From NCBI GenBank assembly GCA_963809895.1, contig CAWELD010000003.1:2176001-2240000 (forward strand): a stretch of 64,000 nt of DNA, read 5' to 3'. Below, piece by piece: positions 9,666 to 20,159 of this stretch. Positions within the stretch are counted from its first letter, which is position 1. Every line of letters starts with the position of its first letter. Both the position numbers and the translations under genes were made by a program. Source of the stretch: an uncultured Gemmatimonadales bacterium. Lineage in GTDB: Bacteria > Gemmatimonadota > Gemmatimonadetes > Longimicrobiales > Gaopeijiaceae. The notes under the pieces are model-generated. The model was not told the origin of the DNA and did no database searches. It saw only the letters and a list, made by a program, of their open reading frames with translations.

Positions 9666-10880
9666 ATGAGCGTTGCCGCACTCCTGACCCTGCTCCTGGT
9701 AGCCCCGGTGGCCTCTCCCGCCGCCCAGGCACCCCAGGTCGTTCCCGCCCGCGGTTCGGGCCTCGACTGCACCCTCTGTCACGGCGAGCTCGAGTTCCTG
9801 CGTCAGCACGTGGACCGCCTCGGCGAGGCGGAGGCGCTGCTGGTCACCGAAGGCCAGGTCGCGGCCTCGGCCCACGGCGGACAGAGCTGCACGAACTGTC
9901 ACCAGGGCTTCCGGCGCTGGCCGCATCCCGACAACGCCACTACCGCCACCTGCGCATCGTGTCACGAGGACGCGGCCGAGGTCTGGAGCGCTGGCGTGCA
10001 CGCGCGCGTGGACGAGGACGACACGGTGGCGGCGGAGTGCTCCGTCTGCCACGGTACGCACGACGTCGCGCCCAGGGAGGCGCTCCACGAAGGAGCTCCC
10101 ATGCAGCGCATGATGGCCCGCTGCGCCTCGTGCCACGAGACCGCGGTCCCACCGCCCACGAGTCCCCACGCGGACTCCGTGGCCTGCGTCTCCTGCCACG
10201 GAAGCCACGAGATCCGTGACGTGGACGCCCCCGAGTCCCTGGTTGCGCCCGATGCTCAGCCCTCGACCTGCGGGGCCTGCCACGAGGATCAGGCCGCGCT
10301 CTACGACGCCGACATCCACGGGACCCGCATGCGCGAAGAAGGCTCCATGGGGCTGTCGGCGTTGGCGCTGGGCACCGAGGAAGCCCCACCGGCTTGCACC
10401 ACGTGCCACGGAGGCCACGACACCCACGGCTCCGGCAAGGACGCCCCGGCCATGGATCAGGCCGCGGTGTGCGGCACCTGTCACGAGCCGTACGTGGAGA
10501 GCTTCGACCTGTCCTATCACGGGCAGGCGTCGGCCCTGGGCTCCGAGCTCGTGGCCACCTGCGCCGACTGTCACAGCGCCCACGGCGTGTATCCGAAAGA
10601 CGATGCACGCTCTACCGTGAACGAAGCGAACCTGGTCCAGACCTGCGGGACCTGCCACGAGCAGTCCAGTGCCAGCTTCGTCGAGTTCCAACCCCACGCC
10701 GATCACAACGACCGCGAGAACTACCCGGCGGTCTACTGGACGTACCGCCTCATGGCGGCGCTCCTCATCGGCGTCTTCGCCTTCTTCGGTCTCCATTCCT
10801 TCATGTGGGGTGGCCGGCTGGCCCTGGACCGCTTCCGGGCACCCCGCGACAAGCCCACCAGCTCAGGAGGTGCGCCGTGA
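9666..10880 (+). CDS. Multiheme cytochrome c (11 CxxCH) with C-terminal TM helix; resembles the CbcL periplasmic part
   Basis: Signal peptide, 11 CxxCH motifs counted, ending in YWTYRLMAALLIGVFAFFGLHSFMW. Confidence 0.9.
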   Translation: MSVAALLTLLLVAPVASPAAQAPQVVPARGSGLDCTLCHGELEFLRQHVDRLGEAEALLVTEGQVAASAHGGQSCTNCHQGFRRWPHPDNATTATCASCHEDAAEVWSAGVHARVDEDDTVAAECSVCHGTHDVAPREALHEGAPMQRMMARCASCHETAVPPPTSPHADSVACVSCHGSHEIRDVDAPESLVAPDAQPSTCGACHEDQAALYDADIHGTRMREEGSMGLSALALGTEEAPPACTTCHGGHDTHGSGKDAPAMDQAAVCGTCHEPYVESFDLSYHGQASALGSELVATCADCHSAHGVYPKDDARSTVNEANLVQTCGTCHEQSSASFVEFQPHADHNDRENYPAVYWTYRLMAALLIGVFAFFGLHSFMWGGRLALDRFRAPRDKPTSSGGAP

Positions 10881-11811
10881 CGGACTCCGGCACGCCCGAT
10901 GCCGCCGCCGGCGCGGCCGCCCCGGGGGAGCTCCTCCCGCGAGTGAAGTCATACCCATGGACTCCGCCCAGCGGGGCGAGGGCCCCTACGTGTGGCGCTT
11001 CATTCTCTTCCACCGGATCACGCACGGGATGGTGATCGTCTCCTTCCTGCTCCTGGTCCTGACCGGGCTGCCGCTCCGCTTCAGCTGCGCCGTATGGTCG
11101 GCGCCGCTCATGCGACTCCTGGGCGGGGTGGAGATGGCGGGCATCCTGCACCGCATCGGAGCGGGCATCACCTTCGCCTACTTCGGCTCGCACGTGATCT
11201 TCCTGGCGCTGAAGCTCTACCGGGCGAAGAACCGGCGGGCGCTCCTGTGGGGGCCCGACTCGCTGGTGCCTCAGCCCCGGGACGCGCTGGACATGATCCA
11301 GCAGTTCCGCTGGTATCTGGGCCTCGGGCCGCGCCCGCGCTTCGGCCGCTACTCGTACATGGAGAAGTTCGACTACTTCGCCGTGTTCTGGGGCGTGGCC
11401 ATCATCGGTGGGTCGGGGCTCATGCTCTGGTTCCCCGAGTTCTTCGCGCGCTGGCTCCCGGGCTGGCTCTTCAACATCGCCACCGTGGTCCACGCCGACG
11501 AGGCGTTGCTGGCCGCCGGCTTCATCTTCACCGTGCACTTCTTCCACGTGCACCTGCGGCCGGAGAAGTTCCCGCTGGACGCGGTCATGTTCCACGGCCG
11601 CGCCACCGTCGAGTACATGGAGGAGGAGCACCCCATCGTCCTCGAGGGCATGCCCCGGGACGCCGAGCTTTCCGTCGAGCCTCGCGCCGACGCGCTCGCC
11701 CCCGCTCCCACCCACCGCCAGTCCATCATCGGCGCCACGCTGGGCTTCATCGCCCTGACCATCGGCGTCGTCTGCATCGGGTTGATCCTATGGGCCGTTT
11801 CGTTCTGCTGA
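10877..11811 (+). CDS. Di-heme cytochrome b (FdnI/HydC-like) membrane subunit; probable frameshift near 10920
   Basis: RFILFHRITH..LTGLPL..LHRIGA..FGRYSYMEKFDYFAVFWG..VHADEALLAAGFIFTVHFFHVH. A GTG start with AGGAGG at 10877 is in another frame and joins at the CCCCGGGGG run; the alternative in-frame ATG is at 10957. Confidence 0.85.
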
Positions 11812-13181
11812 CCGCCGGGCGGGCGGGCCGCGCCGGGCTGTTCCTGGCCGCCCTCTCCGCTCTCGCCGCCGCCGGGTGTGCCGAGCCGGCGCTCCAGCGC
11901 ACCGCCCGCGCCGACGGCGACCCCCACGCCGACGTGTCGTGCTCCACCTGCCACGACGGCCCGCTGGCCCAGGTGGGCGAGGCTGCCGTGCCCGCCCAGG
12001 CCTGCACCGCGTCGGGCTGCCACACCGACGGCGGCCCCCGCGAGGTGAAGCTGTCGTCCGTGGAGTTCCAGCACCGGGGCCACGGCGGCGACAGCACCAT
12101 CGTCGCCACCGCCTGCGCCGGCTGCCACACCCACGACGCCGGCAACGAGCCGCTGGTGGCCAACGTCGACGCGTGTTCGCTGTGCCACCTGAATCAGCAG
12201 GCCACCGGGGGCGGCGGCGAGTGCCGCACCTGCCATCAGGCGCCCTCGCACGTGGGCTTCACCAGCCAGGGCGTGGAGGTGCCACACCAGGGTCTTCCGT
12301 GGGTCGAGGGGGGATGCGTGCGCTGCCATTACGACGTGACGCGCCCTCCGGTCGAGGTCTCGGTGACCCGCTGCTCGAGCTGCCACACGGATCTGGACGC
12401 CGCGGTGGCGGGCGGGATCGGCGAGGATCTGCACCAGACCCACACGGGATCGGCGTGCACCGCCTGCCACGACGGGGGCACGCACCGCATCCAGGCCATG
12501 ACCTCCAGCGTGGATCTGCAGTGCACGGACTGCCACGCGCGCGAGCACGACCTGGAGCTGGCCGCTGATTTCCCCGACCCCGCCACCTGTGACGCCTGCC
12601 ACGGCAGCGCGCACCAGGCGGAGCAGCGCATGGTTCTGGGACTCGTCCCCGACCTGCCGGGCCCCGCACCGAGCGAGAAGTTCATGGACGGCCTCACCTG
12701 CCGGTCGTGCCACGGAACGCCCGGCGACACCGACCCGGCGACGCTGGTGCAGAGCGTGTCACAGGACTGCGTAGGCTGCCACCGGCCCGAGTACGCCACC
12801 GTGCTGCGCTGGTGGCGGCAGGGCTCGTCGGATCGCCTCGGTCGCACCGACCAATTCGTCTCCACCGCCCGGCGCAGGCTGGGCAACGCGTCGGACACGG
12901 TGGCCGGCGAGCTGGCGGCCGCGACCCGCATGGTGGACCTGGTGCGGGACGGGGGCGCGGTGCACAACCTGCCTCTGGCCCACGAGCTGCTCACCGAGGC
13001 GACCCAACGGGTGAGCGAGGCCTATCGGCTGGCCGGCGTGGACACGCCCGCGCCACCGAACCTCGGCCCCCAGCCCCGCATGGGCCTGTGCTCGTACTGC
13101 CACTACCGGCCCAACGACCCGTGGCTCTACGAAGAGATGTCCGGGTCCTTCCACAGAGACGTGCTGCGGATCGGAGGATAA
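11790..13181 (+). CDS. Multiheme cytochrome c lipoprotein (12 CxxCH + 1 CX4CH)
   Basis: Lipobox-like LAAAGC, 12 CxxCH motifs plus CTASGCH, and a helical C-terminus with GGAVHN. Confidence 0.88.
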   Translation: MGRFVLLTAGRAGRAGLFLAALSALAAAGCAEPALQRTARADGDPHADVSCSTCHDGPLAQVGEAAVPAQACTASGCHTDGGPREVKLSSVEFQHRGHGGDSTIVATACAGCHTHDAGNEPLVANVDACSLCHLNQQATGGGGECRTCHQAPSHVGFTSQGVEVPHQGLPWVEGGCVRCHYDVTRPPVEVSVTRCSSCHTDLDAAVAGGIGEDLHQTHTGSACTACHDGGTHRIQAMTSSVDLQCTDCHAREHDLELAADFPDPATCDACHGSAHQAEQRMVLGLVPDLPGPAPSEKFMDGLTCRSCHGTPGDTDPATLVQSVSQDCVGCHRPEYATVLRWWRQGSSDRLGRTDQFVSTARRRLGNASDTVAGELAAATRMVDLVRDGGAVHNLPLAHELLTEATQRVSEAYRLAGVDTPAPPNLGPQPRMGLCSYCHYRPNDPWLYEEMSGSFHRDVLRIGG

Positions 13182-13189
13182 GCCGCCCG

Positions 13190-13453
13190 TCAGAAGAGCT
13201 TCTTGATCCTCCCGAAGCCCTCCTTGATCTCCTCGGCCACGAGGTCGAAGGCCGCGCCCACGTCGCCGGACGCGTCCTTCGCCTCGCCGCCGAGCACCTT
13301 GAGACGCCCGCGCAGCTTCTGAAGCTTCTCCTCCAGCTCCTGCCACTCCTCGCGGGCCTCGAGCTTCGCCAGTCCCAGCTTGACCTTGAGCTCGTCCCGC
13401 TCCTTCTCCAGACGCTCGAGCAGCCGTTGGCGATTGGTGTCCTGGTCGGTCAT
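13190..13453 (-). CDS. Small coiled-coil hypothetical protein
   Basis: ERDELKVKLGLAKLEAREEWQELEEK..EEIKEGFGRIKKLF, with RBS GAGGTG upstream and codon usage like the host. Confidence 0.75.
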   Translation of the reverse strand: MTDQDTNRQRLLERLEKERDELKVKLGLAKLEAREEWQELEEKLQKLRGRLKVLGGEAKDASGDVGAAFDLVAEEIKEGFGRIKKLF

Positions 13454-13838
13454 GAGATGTCACCTCGATGTTCGGTTTCGGGGGATTCCCGCTAGCAGGT
13501 CGCTGAAGAAGGGGAGCACCCCGCGTTGGGAGCGCCACGGCCCCTCATCCTAGGCGAAGTGACGAAGGCATAGCCAAAGCTACGTCGAGGCGCTTCAACG
13601 ACGGAGGAGGGGCCGTGCCGCCCCAACCCACCACCTGCCAGGTTCATAGAGTGCATGTTGACGGGCGCATGGCGGTTCCGCGGTTGATCCATCGTCTCTC
13701 CTCCTCGCCGTAGCGCTGCTACGACTCGTCGTCTTTCCTTGCCTGAACGCGCGAAAGCGCCATGCGCGCGGGGTACTCCCCTTCTTCAGCGACCTGCTAG
13801 AAGATACAGCACCGGCGGGAGGCGTGGGTTCCAGAGGG

Positions 13839-14920
13839 TCAGGTCCAGTCGCGGTCGGGAAGCTCTGTCCACGGGACGACATCGACGCCGTCCCTGTGCT
13901 GAGAGGTCTCGCCACCGTAGACCAGACGCAGCGCCGGCTCCGCCACATCCGCTTTGGCGACCAGCGCTTCCCGGAACATGCGCAGACTCCTCAGGAAGTC
14001 CGAAGCCACCGTGGCCCCCGACTTGACCTCCACCCCCATGATCCCGTCGCCGGCCTCGACCACCAGATCCACCTCCAGACCTCTCGTCTCCCGAAGGTGG
14101 TGCAGGCCCGAGGCCAACCCCCGATGTACGCGCGCCTTCAGGATCTCGGACGCCACCCAGCTCTCGAAGATCGCGCCGCGCAATGGATGGGTACGTAGCT
14201 GGTCCGGGCTTCGAATCCCCAGGAGGTGGCACGCGAGGCCAGAGTCCACGAAGTGCATCTTGGGTGCCTTCACGGCCCGCTTGCGCGTGTTGCGAAACCA
14301 GGGCGGTGCCGTGAAGACGATGAAGCTGGCCTCCAACACGGAGATCCAGGATCGAATCGTCGGGTGGGACACTCCCACGTCGCCGGCCAGGGCGGATAGG
14401 TGGAGCTCCTGCGCCGTGCGACCGGCCGCCAGCCGCAGAAAGGTGGCGAAGGCGTGGAGGTCGGACACGTTCAAGACCTGGCGCACATCCCGCTCCACGT
14501 AGGTCGCCTCGTAGTCCGCAAGCCAGCGATCCGCAGTCAGGTTCCGGTCATGGATCCTCGGGTACCCCCCGGTCCACACCGTCGGCCACAGGTCGTCGTG
14601 CGGAGCCGAGAATCCGCGGAGCTCGTCCAGGCTCATGGGCAGCAGGTGGAGGAGGGCCACGCGTCCAGCCAGCGACTGGCTGATCGCATCGGAGAGGCCG
14701 AAGTGCTGCGAGCCCGTCAGGATGAAGCGACCCGGGGTCGCGTCCCGATCCAGGTCTTCCTGAAGGTAGCTGAACAACTGCGGCGCCCTCTGCACCTCGT
14801 CCAGGATCGTCGCTCGGTGATACTGGCTCAGAAAGCCCCGAGGATCCGAGACGGCGTATTCGCGTACGTCCAGCGGTTCCAGCGTCACGTAGTCGTGGTC
14901 CGGAAAACACGCCTTGCAAT
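13839..14920 (-). pseudogene. AAA_14/DUF4143 ATPase, 5'-truncated (Walker A missing)
   Basis: ILDEVQRAP, FILTGSQ, SLAGR, GGYP, YVERDVR, KAPKMHFVDSG and EVDLV..EVKS are present. The family's N-terminal GPRQxGKTT is absent upstream of CKACFPDHDY. Confidence 0.75.
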
Positions 14921-15043
14921 CTCTGACAATCGCGCCGCTTCCTACACGGCGAAGGCCCGCCCCCACGACCAGCGTGGGGACGGGCCCGTTCGTTCCCGGA
15001 GCCGCGGCGCCGGAACGCCGCGGTCCCGGTGATGCGGCCGCGC

Positions 15044-17188
15044 CTAGCTCGAAGGCGTGGGCTCGGCGCCGCCGGGGAAGAGCTCGTCGTACTCCAGCTC
15101 GTGCTCTTCCTTGAGCCGTTCCAGGCTGATCTTGCCCGTGAACATGGTGGTGTCCAGGGGGAACACCTCCGGCCTGAGCATCACGCCGTAGGAGTGCCAC
15201 AGGATCACCACCAGCACCGCGAAGGTGGCCTCCAGGCCGTGGGCCACTCGCGCCGCTGCCAGGAAGATGCCCGGCAGCACCGTCGACGCCGCCTCCGGGA
15301 AGAGGAGGATGACGCCGGTGACGGTCATGAGCGTTCCGCCCAGGAAGAGTCCCCAGTACTCGAACTTCTCGCGGAAGTCGAACTTGCCGGACTTGGGCTT
15401 GGGCCCGCCCTTCAGCGCGTGCTTCAGGGTGCCCAGCGCCGTGTGGAAGTCCTGTTTCCGGAACATGATCTCGGGCAGCTTCCTCCGCTTGATGGCGCCC
15501 GCGATACCCCGGCTCAGGTGCATGGCCAGGAGCCCGACGAAGACCACGCCGGTCACCCGGTGCACGATGCGCGTGGGTCCGATGCCACCCCAGAGCTGGA
15601 TGAGCCAGTGGGCCAGCGGGGAGTCGGGCCGCGTCTGCGGTAGCCCCGTGACGATGAGCAGGATGAAGGTGGACGCGGCGCCCATGTGCTCCACCCGCTC
15701 CATGATGTTGAACCTGGGCACCATGGGATGCCGTTCTCCTTCGTGACGACGGCGGGCGAAGAAGGCGCGGATCTTCTGCGCTCCCTCGGAGGCCAGGAGC
15801 CGCGCTCCGGTCCGACGCTGGTGCTGCACGTCGAAGAGGATGTTCAACAGCAGCCCGAAGAGTACGAAGGGGATCATCACGTAGTAGAAGGATCTCAGAC
15901 CCCAGATGACGATCTGATTGCGGGGTCCGGGCGGCGTGTGCCCGAGCCAGGCACCGGCGAACTTCGCGTCGGCCTTCTCGTGGCAGCCCTGACACACCGC
16001 GCTCACGTCGGCCATGGTGCCGTGCCATCCCACCGCGTGGGCACCGTGGCAGTCGGAGCAGACCAGCACGTCGGGCTGAAGCCCGTCGTCACCGTGACCC
16101 TTCAGGAAGCTCACCGTGGCGCCGTGGAAGTCGTCCTTCCACGTCACGCCCATCCCTCTGGGCAGGTCGTACTTCTCCACCAACGACGCCTCCGAATGGC
16201 ACTGGAGGCAGCGGGTGGTCTCCTGCACGGGGATGGCTCCCACGTCGCCGGCCTCGGGCCCATGGGCCTGGTGGCAGGTCACGCAGGTGGGCAGATCCGG
16301 GTTGGGATCCACCGCGGCCAGGCCGTCGGCGTGTCCCCCCTCACGGTACTGCGCCAGCTCCTCTTCGTGGCAGGTCCCGCAGCGCTGGGCCACCGCCGTC
16401 TCGGCCTCCGGAAAGCCCGGGTCCGTCGCGAAGGCGTGGCACTGCGTGCAGGTGGGACCGTCCTCTGCGTTCACGTGGGCCGGCGTCACCGCCTCGTGGT
16501 CCTCGTGGCACTGGAGGCACGCCTGCTCCTGCACCTCCGGAGGCGCCAGCGCCGGTCCGTCGTGGATGGCGTGGCACTGCGAGCACGAGGCCTCGCTGTC
16601 CTCACCCTGCATGTGCAGGGGGTGGGCGTCCTCGTGGCACGAGCCGCAGCTCGCCGCCGGCGAGGCCGCGGGCACGAGGCCCGGCGCGCTCGGATCGGGG
16701 TGTCCGGTGTGGCACTGCACGCAGGCGGGGCCGTCCTCCAACTGGCCCGGATGCGTGTGGTCCACGGTCTCGTGGCACTGCTGGCATCCGTCGGTCTTGA
16801 GGAGGAAGTCGTCATCCGCCACCGCGCCATGGTCCGTACCCGAACCATGGATCGAGTGACACGACGTGCACACCGGCGCGTCACCACCCACGTCCGGGTG
16901 TGCCGGATGAACGTCCTCGTGGCAGCTCACGCACGCGTCCAGCCTGCGCGCCTGGGCCTGCTCGGGGTCGTTGGTGAAACCCACGTGGTGACACGACAGA
17001 CACGACACCGTGTCCCCGTGGAGCGAAGCCCGCCGGGCGCGGATGTCCACGCTCGGATGGCAAGACTGGCAGACCTGCGCCTCGTCTCCGGGCTTCGCTG
17101 TCTGGGCCGGTGCCGGCATGGGCGACGCGGCCAGGCTCAAAGCCATCAGCCCCGTGATCCATGCCGGCCCGGCAATGGTGGAACGCAT
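15044..17188 (-). CDS. CbcL-like fusion: 15-heme cytochrome c domain + cytochrome b domain
   Basis: Signal peptide and 15 CxxCH motifs, followed by TM helices with ERVEH, VHRVTG, KFDFREKFEYWG, AHGLEATFA and LWHSY. ATG at 17188 has a GGAG RBS. Confidence 0.9.
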   Translation of the reverse strand: MRSTIAGPAWITGLMALSLAASPMPAPAQTAKPGDEAQVCQSCHPSVDIRARRASLHGDTVSCLSCHHVGFTNDPEQAQARRLDACVSCHEDVHPAHPDVGGDAPVCTSCHSIHGSGTDHGAVADDDFLLKTDGCQQCHETVDHTHPGQLEDGPACVQCHTGHPDPSAPGLVPAASPAASCGSCHEDAHPLHMQGEDSEASCSQCHAIHDGPALAPPEVQEQACLQCHEDHEAVTPAHVNAEDGPTCTQCHAFATDPGFPEAETAVAQRCGTCHEEELAQYREGGHADGLAAVDPNPDLPTCVTCHQAHGPEAGDVGAIPVQETTRCLQCHSEASLVEKYDLPRGMGVTWKDDFHGATVSFLKGHGDDGLQPDVLVCSDCHGAHAVGWHGTMADVSAVCQGCHEKADAKFAGAWLGHTPPGPRNQIVIWGLRSFYYVMIPFVLFGLLLNILFDVQHQRRTGARLLASEGAQKIRAFFARRRHEGERHPMVPRFNIMERVEHMGAASTFILLIVTGLPQTRPDSPLAHWLIQLWGGIGPTRIVHRVTGVVFVGLLAMHLSRGIAGAIKRRKLPEIMFRKQDFHTALGTLKHALKGGPKPKSGKFDFREKFEYWGLFLGGTLMTVTGVILLFPEAASTVLPGIFLAAARVAHGLEATFAVLVVILWHSYGVMLRPEVFPLDTTMFTGKISLERLKEEHELEYDELFPGGAEPTPSS

Positions 17189-17211
17189 GATCGTCTCCGT
17201 AGTGCGGCAGG

Positions 17212-17880
17212 TCACTCGGCCCGGGCGATGGCGCCCCAGACGGTCTCACCCATCACCCAGAAGAGCGCGCCGACGCCGATGACGGGCAGGAAGATCACGA
17301 ACGCCAGCCCCAGGATCGGCGCGGCGATGAGTCCACCCACGGTCTCCAGCGCACCCAGCACGCCGCCCCGGCTCTGCTCCTCCACCTCCACCGCCTCGAG
17401 GAGCGTCGCCAGCTCCCGCTCCACCTCCGTTGCTTCGTCCAGTACCGCAGCCGCGGCCTCGGGCGTGGCCGCCGCCACCTCACCCTGGATCTTCTCCTCG
17501 CCTTCCAGCAACCCGAGATGCAGCGCCGCCGTGATCACGTTGGCCAGCGTGTCCGGACCGATGGGCTTGTTGAGGAAATCGAACGCGCCCAGCTCCTTGG
17601 CCCGGTCCTCCACGCTCGCGTCGCCGTAGCCGGTGACCAGTACGAACGGCGTCTCCGGCTGCTCGTCGTGCACCCACTCGAGAAGCTGAAGTCCGTCCAC
17701 CGTGGGCATGCGCAGATCGGAGATCACGATGTCCGCGGGATTGCGCCTGAGCTCGGAGATGGCGCTCTCTCCGTCGACGGCGGTGGTGACCTCGTAGCCG
17801 CGCCCGGTCAGGAACCGGTCCCAGCTGTCGCGGACCCCCGCCTCGTCGTCGACCAACATCACCCTCGTGTTCGCCTTCAT
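17212..17880 (-). CDS. Response regulator receiver domain with C-terminal membrane anchor
   Basis: VMLVDDE..ISDLRMP..VTGYG..FLNKP, then the hydrophobic tail LIAAPILGLAFVIFLPVIGVGALFW. RBS GGAAGGAGG. Confidence 0.85.
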   Translation of the reverse strand: MKANTRVMLVDDEAGVRDSWDRFLTGRGYEVTTAVDGESAISELRRNPADIVISDLRMPTVDGLQLLEWVHDEQPETPFVLVTGYGDASVEDRAKELGAFDFLNKPIGPDTLANVITAALHLGLLEGEEKIQGEVAAATPEAAAAVLDEATEVERELATLLEAVEVEEQSRGGVLGALETVGGLIAAPILGLAFVIFLPVIGVGALFWVMGETVWGAIARAE

Positions 17881-17935
17881 GATGTCCCTCCTTCCGGGAA
17901 CGAACGGCCTGTCCTGCATGGTTTCCTGCTCCATC

Positions 17936-18346
17936 TCAACTGGCTGGTGTGGTGGCCCACAGAGACCGCGCTTGAACGCGGCGCACGGCGTCGACCAGCC
18001 GGTCCAGCTCTTCGTCGTCACCTTCCGATCGCACCAGGTCGACGCCGCAGGAGATGAGATACTCCAGCACGGGAAGGGGGAGGGGACCTTCCACGACGAC
18101 GACCTTCTGCAGCTCCGGGTACTCCAGCGCCATGCGGGCCACCACGGCCAGCATGCTGCCCCGGGGCACGGGTCGGAGGTCGAGCACCAACACGGAAACG
18201 GAGGAGAGCGACTGCTCCCTCAGGAGTTCCTCGAGGCTGGTGTGCCAGGAGAAATGCGCGTCGTCGCCGGCGAGACCCGCCGCCAGCGTCGCGGCTCCTT
18301 CGGTGTCCGAGAGCAGGACCGTCGATCCGGATTCTGCCACCAACAC
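17936..18346 (-). CDS. Hypothetical protein, pseudo-receiver-like
   Basis: AGGAGG followed by a GTG start. VLVLDL..LEYPELQKVVVV shows a receiver-like beta/alpha pattern without the N-terminal acidic pair or the conserved Lys-Pro. Confidence 0.6.
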   Translation of the reverse strand: MLVAESGSTVLLSDTEGAATLAAGLAGDDAHFSWHTSLEELLREQSLSSVSVLVLDLRPVPRGSMLAVVARMALEYPELQKVVVVEGPLPLPVLEYLISCGVDLVRSEGDDEELDRLVDAVRRVQARSLWATTPAS

Positions 18347-18428
18347 GTTGCCACCCTCCTTCGGCCCCGGGGGTGGTCGACCGCCACCCTGTCGGGACTC
18401 GCTTCCGTGTACTCGACCACGAACAAGG

Positions 18429-18443
18429 GCAAGCGGTGTGCCG
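18429..18443 (-). promoter_or_regulatory. Sigma-54 promoter of the pseudo-receiver / receiver / cbcL-like operon
   Basis: Minus strand reads CGGCAC-ACCGC-TTGC (GG-N10-GC). An IHF-like GATCAAATCGTTG lies at 18600-18612, and GYGTAT-N9-AYACRS-like dyads lie at ~18539 and ~18653. Confidence 0.65.
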
Positions 18444-18698
18444 TAAATCACGAGATTTGCGTTATCGCCGTAACTTCTTGTGCACGAGCTATTTACGGCC
18501 CAGGCCCGCGACACGCGGTGGCGGCCGGAAAGCGTCAGGTGTATGCGGCGCATATACAGCTCGACCCCCGCCGGTGAGCGGAGGTCGCGGCCCGCAAGGG
18601 ATCAAATCGTTGTGGGACAGTTACTTAGGGAGATCGGTGCCGCTGGGGGAGGGCGTATACGCGCCACACACGCCCCCGGAGCGGGGGCAAGACCAGGG

Positions 18699-20159
18699 TC
18701 AGGACCCCGCCTCCGCCTCGTCGGCGTCGTCCTGGTCGGCACCTCCGGGAGTGGTGATCCCGTGTTTGCGCATGAGGGCGTGCAGGTTGGGGCGCTGCAT
18801 GTCCACCTCGCGCGCGGCGCGGGACACGTTCCAGCGAGCCTTCCTGAGCGCCTTGAGCACGAAGAGCTTCTCCAGCCGCTCCACCGACTCGGCCCTGAGC
18901 TCCTTCTTGCGCAGCGCCAGCGTGCGTGCGTCGTCGGGGACGTCGTTCCACTCCTCGGTGGGCACCTCGCCCACGACGGTGGGCACGTCGTCGATGTCGA
19001 TGACGTGGTCGTCGGCCACCAGCACGGCGCGCTCGATGACGTGCTCGAGCTCCCGCACGTTGCCGGGCCAGTCGTGGACCTCCAGCGCCGTCATGGCCCG
19101 GGGCGTGATCCCGTCGATGCGCTTCTCGAACTCCTCGGCGTAGCGCTTCATGAAGTGATGCGCCAGCAGGGGAATCTCCTCGGTACGCTCCCGGAGCGGG
19201 GGCAGCTGGATGGTGAAGACGCTGAGTCGATAGTAGAGGTCGTCGCGGAAGGCGCCCTCCTCCACCAGCCCCTGCAGGTCCACGTTGGTGGCGGCGATGA
19301 GGCGCACGTCCACCGGGACCGCTTTGTCCGAGCCCACGGGGCGGATCTCCCGCTCCTGGATGAGCCGGAGCAGGCTTCCCTGGATCTGGGGCGACAGCGA
19401 GCTGATCTCGTCCAGGAAGAGCGTGCCGCCCCGGGCGGTCTCGGCCAACCCCTTGCGATCCTTCACGGCGCCGGTGAACGCACCGCGCACGTGTCCGAAG
19501 AGCTCCGACTCCAGCAACGACTCGCTCAGCGAGGCGCAGTCCGCCACCACCAGGGGGTGGTCCTTGCGGGGGCTGTTGTAGTGGATGGCCCGGGCGATGA
19601 GCTCCTTGCCCGTGCCGGTCTCGCCGGTGATGAGGACCGTGCTGTTGGTGGGCGCGACCTTGGCCACGAGCTGCATGACCTTGCGCATGGGCGGCGACGA
19701 GCAGATGACGTTGCCGATGCGGTAGCGCGTCTCGAGCTCGGAGCGCAGCCGGCGGGTCAGGTCCAACAGATGCCGTCGCTCCAGCGCCCGGGCCACGGAC
19801 ACCAGGAGCTGCGGTGGGCTGACCGGCTTCTGCAGGTAGTCGAAGGCGCCGAGCTTGATGGCCTCCACCGCCGTCTCGATGGTGGCGTAGCCGGTGATGA
19901 TCACCACCTCGGTCTCGGGCGACGCATCGCGCGTCGCGCGCAGCAGCTCGATGCCGTCCAGCTCGGGCATCTTGATGTCCACCAACAGCAGGTCGAAGGT
20001 CTCCCTGCGGATCTTGTCCAGGCCCTCGCGGGCCGAGGTGGTGGTGGTGACGTCGTAGCCCTCCGCCGAGAGCACCCGGCGGATGCTCTCGCAGACGACC
20101 TCCTCGTCGTCCACGGCGAGGACGCGAGGCGGCTCGGTCCAGGTGCGTTCGTCGGTCAT
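18699..20159 (-). CDS. Sigma-54-dependent response regulator (NtrC family)
   Basis: Receiver [40 protein letters not shown], and a Fis HTH. Confidence 0.95.
   Translation of the reverse strand: MTDERTWTEPPRVLAVDDEEVVCESIRRVLSAEGYDVTTTTSAREGLDKIRRETFDLLLVDIKMPELDGIELLRATRDASPETEVVIITGYATIETAVEAIKLGAFDYLQKPVSPPQLLVSVARALERRHLLDLTRRLRSELETRYRIGNVICSSPPMRKVMQLVAKVAPTNSTVLITGETGTGKELIARAIHYNSPRKDHPLVVADCASLSESLLESELFGHVRGAFTGAVKDRKGLAETARGGTLFLDEISSLSPQIQGSLLRLIQEREIRPVGSDKAVPVDVRLIAATNVDLQGLVEEGAFRDDLYYRLSVFTIQLPPLRERTEEIPLLAHHFMKRYAEEFEKRIDGITPRAMTALEVHDWPGNVRELEHVIERAVLVADDHVIDIDDVPTVVGEVPTEEWNDVPDDARTLALRKKELRAESVERLEKLFVLKALRKARWNVSRAAREVDMQRPNLHALMRKHGITTPGGADQDDADEAEAGS

Noticed and set aside
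13839..16028. 729-aa ORF as a single large ATPase fusion
   Set aside because: Its first half is an alternate frame of the cbcL-like gene; only the part below ~14920 is ATPase-like.
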